A stretch of 64,000 bases of DNA from an uncultured delta proteobacterium (GTDB lineage Bacteria; Myxococcota; Myxococcia; Myxococcales; Myxococcaceae). Location: contig CAVQKE010000003.1 in assembly GCA_963713045.1 (NCBI GenBank), positions 224,001-288,000 of the forward strand. The letters are read 5' to 3'. This document shows positions 61,596 through 64,000 of the stretch, piece after piece; position 1 is the stretch's first letter; each line of letters opens with the position of its first letter. The notes under the pieces are model-generated. The model did no database searches, was not told the origin of the DNA, and saw only the letters and a program-made list of their open reading frames with translations. Made by a program: the position numbers and the translations under genes.

Positions 61596-62140
61596 CGTCC
61601 ATGCCTCCGGGGACTCGCGCTGGTGGCCTCAGGGGTTTGTACGGGGATGCGGGATCGCCCTCAAGCACAGGAGTGCGTCGAACTCCATATCTGGCCCCCA
61701 AGTCAACGGAGAGAAACTCGAGCCAACGGTACGCCGTAGTGCGGGCGCTCTTCGAGGCCCGACGCTTTCGCCGCTGCCTTCGGGGGGCTACCTTGTCACC
61801 CCCACTGTATGGCCCGCATCAACGGCGTCGACGGCCGCTCACGTCTGGTGCACGGTAGACGCGGTCGACGTTCTCCTCGGGCGTTTTGACGCGCAGTTTT
61901 TGCGGGTCCTTTGGGGCAGGCGCACGCTTGGGTGATCTTGCTCGCCAAAAGAGCATCCGGCCAACAGCCCTTGTGGCGAGAGTGATGAGACGGCCTTCCT
62001 GCTCTCTCTGGTGGCGTCGCTGCGGGTGGTTAGATTTGTTTGCGGTGGAGCGTACGGCTCCACCGTTCGAGTCATCTGCAAGTAGGGCAGACGTTCCCGA
62101 TTCATAAATACTTAGTCGGAGAAGAAATCCGAGGTTCACC

Positions 62141-62455
62141 ATGTTTGCTCGCAACGTGCATATGCAGCTCAAGCCCAACAGCGCCGCGCTATTTACCACG
62201 ACGCTGGAGAAGGAAATCATCCCACTTCTGCGCAGGCAGCCGGGGTTTCACGAGGAAGTCGCCTTCATCGGCCCCAGCGGCAACGATGTCTATGCGATTA
62301 GCTTCTGGGAGTCGAAGGAGAAGGCCGAGCAGTATGTCCGCGCAGCTTACCCGGAAGTGCTGAAGGCGCTGGCCACGGTCGTCCATGGCACACCCGAGCT
62401 TCTGACGTACGAGGTGTGCAGCTCGACCATTCCGAAGATCACCGCTCGCGCCTAA
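62141..62455 (+). CDS. ABM-like (dimeric alpha+beta barrel) protein
   Basis: LRRQPGF, AISFWESKEKAEQY and YEV; RBS GAGG. Confidence 0.75.
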   Translation: MFARNVHMQLKPNSAALFTTTLEKEIIPLLRRQPGFHEEVAFIGPSGNDVYAISFWESKEKAEQYVRAAYPEVLKALATVVHGTPELLTYEVCSSTIPKITARA

Positions 62456-62665
62456 ACGGGCTGGGGGTTGAGTTCGTGGAGAGGGGCGGCATCAGCCGCC
62501 CCTTTGCACATCGGGCCCTATCCGATAGCTGCGAGGGCCAGCGCGAGCAGCAGCTCTCCCGAGGTCGGCGTCGGGCCGAGACGAGACGGGCTACGTCCTG
62601 CTGATGTTGTCTGACCGGCGGGCCGACTTGGCACGCGATGCTGTTAGACGCCGGCAAGAAGATGT

Positions 62666-62689
62666 CGGGTTCGAATCTCGGCAGGGTCA
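62666..62689 (+). repeat. tRNA-Glu 3'-end att repeat, copy 6
   Basis: CGGGTTCGAATCTCGGCAGGGTCA (1 mismatch), followed by AT-rich non-coding DNA. Confidence 0.85.
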
Positions 62690-63090
62690 AAGAACTGAAT
62701 AACCAAAGGTATTTAGAAATGCGGAGACTCAAGCTGGAGTCTAAAAAAGGGCTTCCTTGAGCTTCCTCGCTCCGTCAAGACCAGCACACATCGCCAGCTT
62801 CCAGCAGGTTCCCTAGACTCACCGTTTACCTGGCGCGCTTGCGCGGCCCACGCCCCGAAAACGTGGAGGGTCGGCCTCTTTAGAAGCCCGGGTGATGGGC
62901 CTCGAAGAGTGAGTATTTGTTCTTCTCAAGAATGACGGAGTCTCCCTGTAACCGGGACTCGGCCGCTTCTATCAAGCAGGCGCGTCTTGCCAAGGTTGCT
63001 AAGAGAGGTAAACCCTCAACCAGGAGCGCCTAGGCGCGTAAGGCGCTTCGCCGTCAGCATTGGCCCCAAACTTGGTCCAGGAGTGTCGCC

Positions 63091-63636
63091 ATGAAGCTCG
63101 ACCGTTTGACCGCCCCCAACCCCTACGAGCTGCTCCCCCCCGTATCCGCGTTCGAGTTGTCGAGCACGGACCTCCGCACTGGGGAGCGAATGGCAGAAAC
63201 ATTCGTCTACAACGGCTGGGGCGTCCATGGCGACAACGTGTCGCCGCACCTCAGCTGGAGCAAGTTCCCCGCAGGAACGCGGAGCTTCGCGGTCACCCTG
63301 TTCGATCCAGACGCCCCAACGGCGAGCGGCTTTTGGCACTGGGTAGTCGTCAACGTGCCCGGCACCGTTACTACGCTCGCACGCGGCAGCGGGGCGCGCG
63401 GCGGAAAAGGCCTCCCGCCCGGCGCTTTCCAGGTCGGTAACGACTTCGGCGAAGCGAATTACTGCGGGGCGGCCCCTCCAGCCGGCGACCGGCCGCACCG
63501 CTATTTTTTCGCGGTCCACGCGGTGGACGTGGAAAGCCTCGGGGTCGAGCCCTCGGCGCGGCCTGCCGTCGTCGGCTTCAACCTGACTTTTCACACCATC
63601 GCACGCGCGCTGCTCGTTCCCATCTACGGCGTATAG
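63091..63636 (+). CDS. YbhB/YbcL (PEBP) family protein
   Basis: SPHLSW, FDPDAPTASGFWHW and GAAPPAGDRPHRYFF; RBS AGGAG. Confidence 0.93.
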   Translation: MKLDRLTAPNPYELLPPVSAFELSSTDLRTGERMAETFVYNGWGVHGDNVSPHLSWSKFPAGTRSFAVTLFDPDAPTASGFWHWVVVNVPGTVTTLARGSGARGGKGLPPGAFQVGNDFGEANYCGAAPPAGDRPHRYFFAVHAVDVESLGVEPSARPAVVGFNLTFHTIARALLVPIYGV

Positions 63637-64000
63637 CCGAGCACGAGTGGCTTGATTTGAGGGTGCCACTACAGGCGCTTCAACCGCCGTCATGACCGGC
63701 AACTCGACAAACACCGTCCTGTCGCCCCTTGACTCGGTTTCGAGAAACCGACCCCCTATCGACGGCTCTACCCCGCGCTTGCGCACGTCCCTTCAACTGT
63801 TATTCATGCACGATCGTGTGTCGTAGTCGTGGGGAAGGGGTGCTGAAAGTTGCTCGGCGGTCGGCTCGCCAGAACTATGGCCCACACGACGATTACGAGT
63901 TGATCCCAGAAGCAGACACCGCCCTCGCCGAGACGAACGTGGCGACAGCCAAGGCCTGCACAAGCACTGCGCCCCCGATTGTCCAAGCCAGCCCGTATCC

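Noticed and set aside
6554..62689. CRISPR array reading of the 23-25 bp repeats
   Set aside because: Spacing is 1.4-28 kb, the repeat is a tRNA 3' end, and no cas genes are present.

Overview
GC-rich bacterial window; the gene content (PilZ protein, Ycf46-type AAA ATPase, sigma54 XylR-type activator) suggests Myxococcota/deltaproteobacteria, which is inference only. Positions 1-6.5 kb look chromosomal (glycosyltransferase, MMPL transporter, AAA ATPase) and end in an intact tRNA-Glu(CTC) at 6505-6576. Downstream, the 3' end of this tRNA (GGGTTCGAATCCCGGCAGGGTCA) recurs five more times in direct orientation (34394, 35766, 37382, 49225, 62667), with partly shared non-tRNA flanks. These repeats divide about 56 kb into units of 27.8, 1.4, 1.6, 11.8 and 13.4 kb, and no tyrosine or serine integrase gene is visible in the window. 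The two smallest units each hold little more than one toxin-antitoxin pair, which suggests a tRNA-anchored, integron-like cassette array; this is the best candidate novel system here. Cargo includes an Rv1366-like RelA/SpoT pair, a HEPN relic, a CusCBA-type efflux operon with a truncated copA, and a six-gene Ehr complex (hydrogenase-4-like but lacking the NiFe cysteines); the cus and Ehr operons lie between two inverted rve-type IS copies. Also present are ardA relics, an intact IS4, several TA loci, a duplicated and scrambled sigma54 yceI/SDR module, oxidoreductases, a ChoD-like GMC oxidase, a PGM1-like ATP-grasp ligase and PPDK. Family calls come from motif recognition by eye; no database searches were run.
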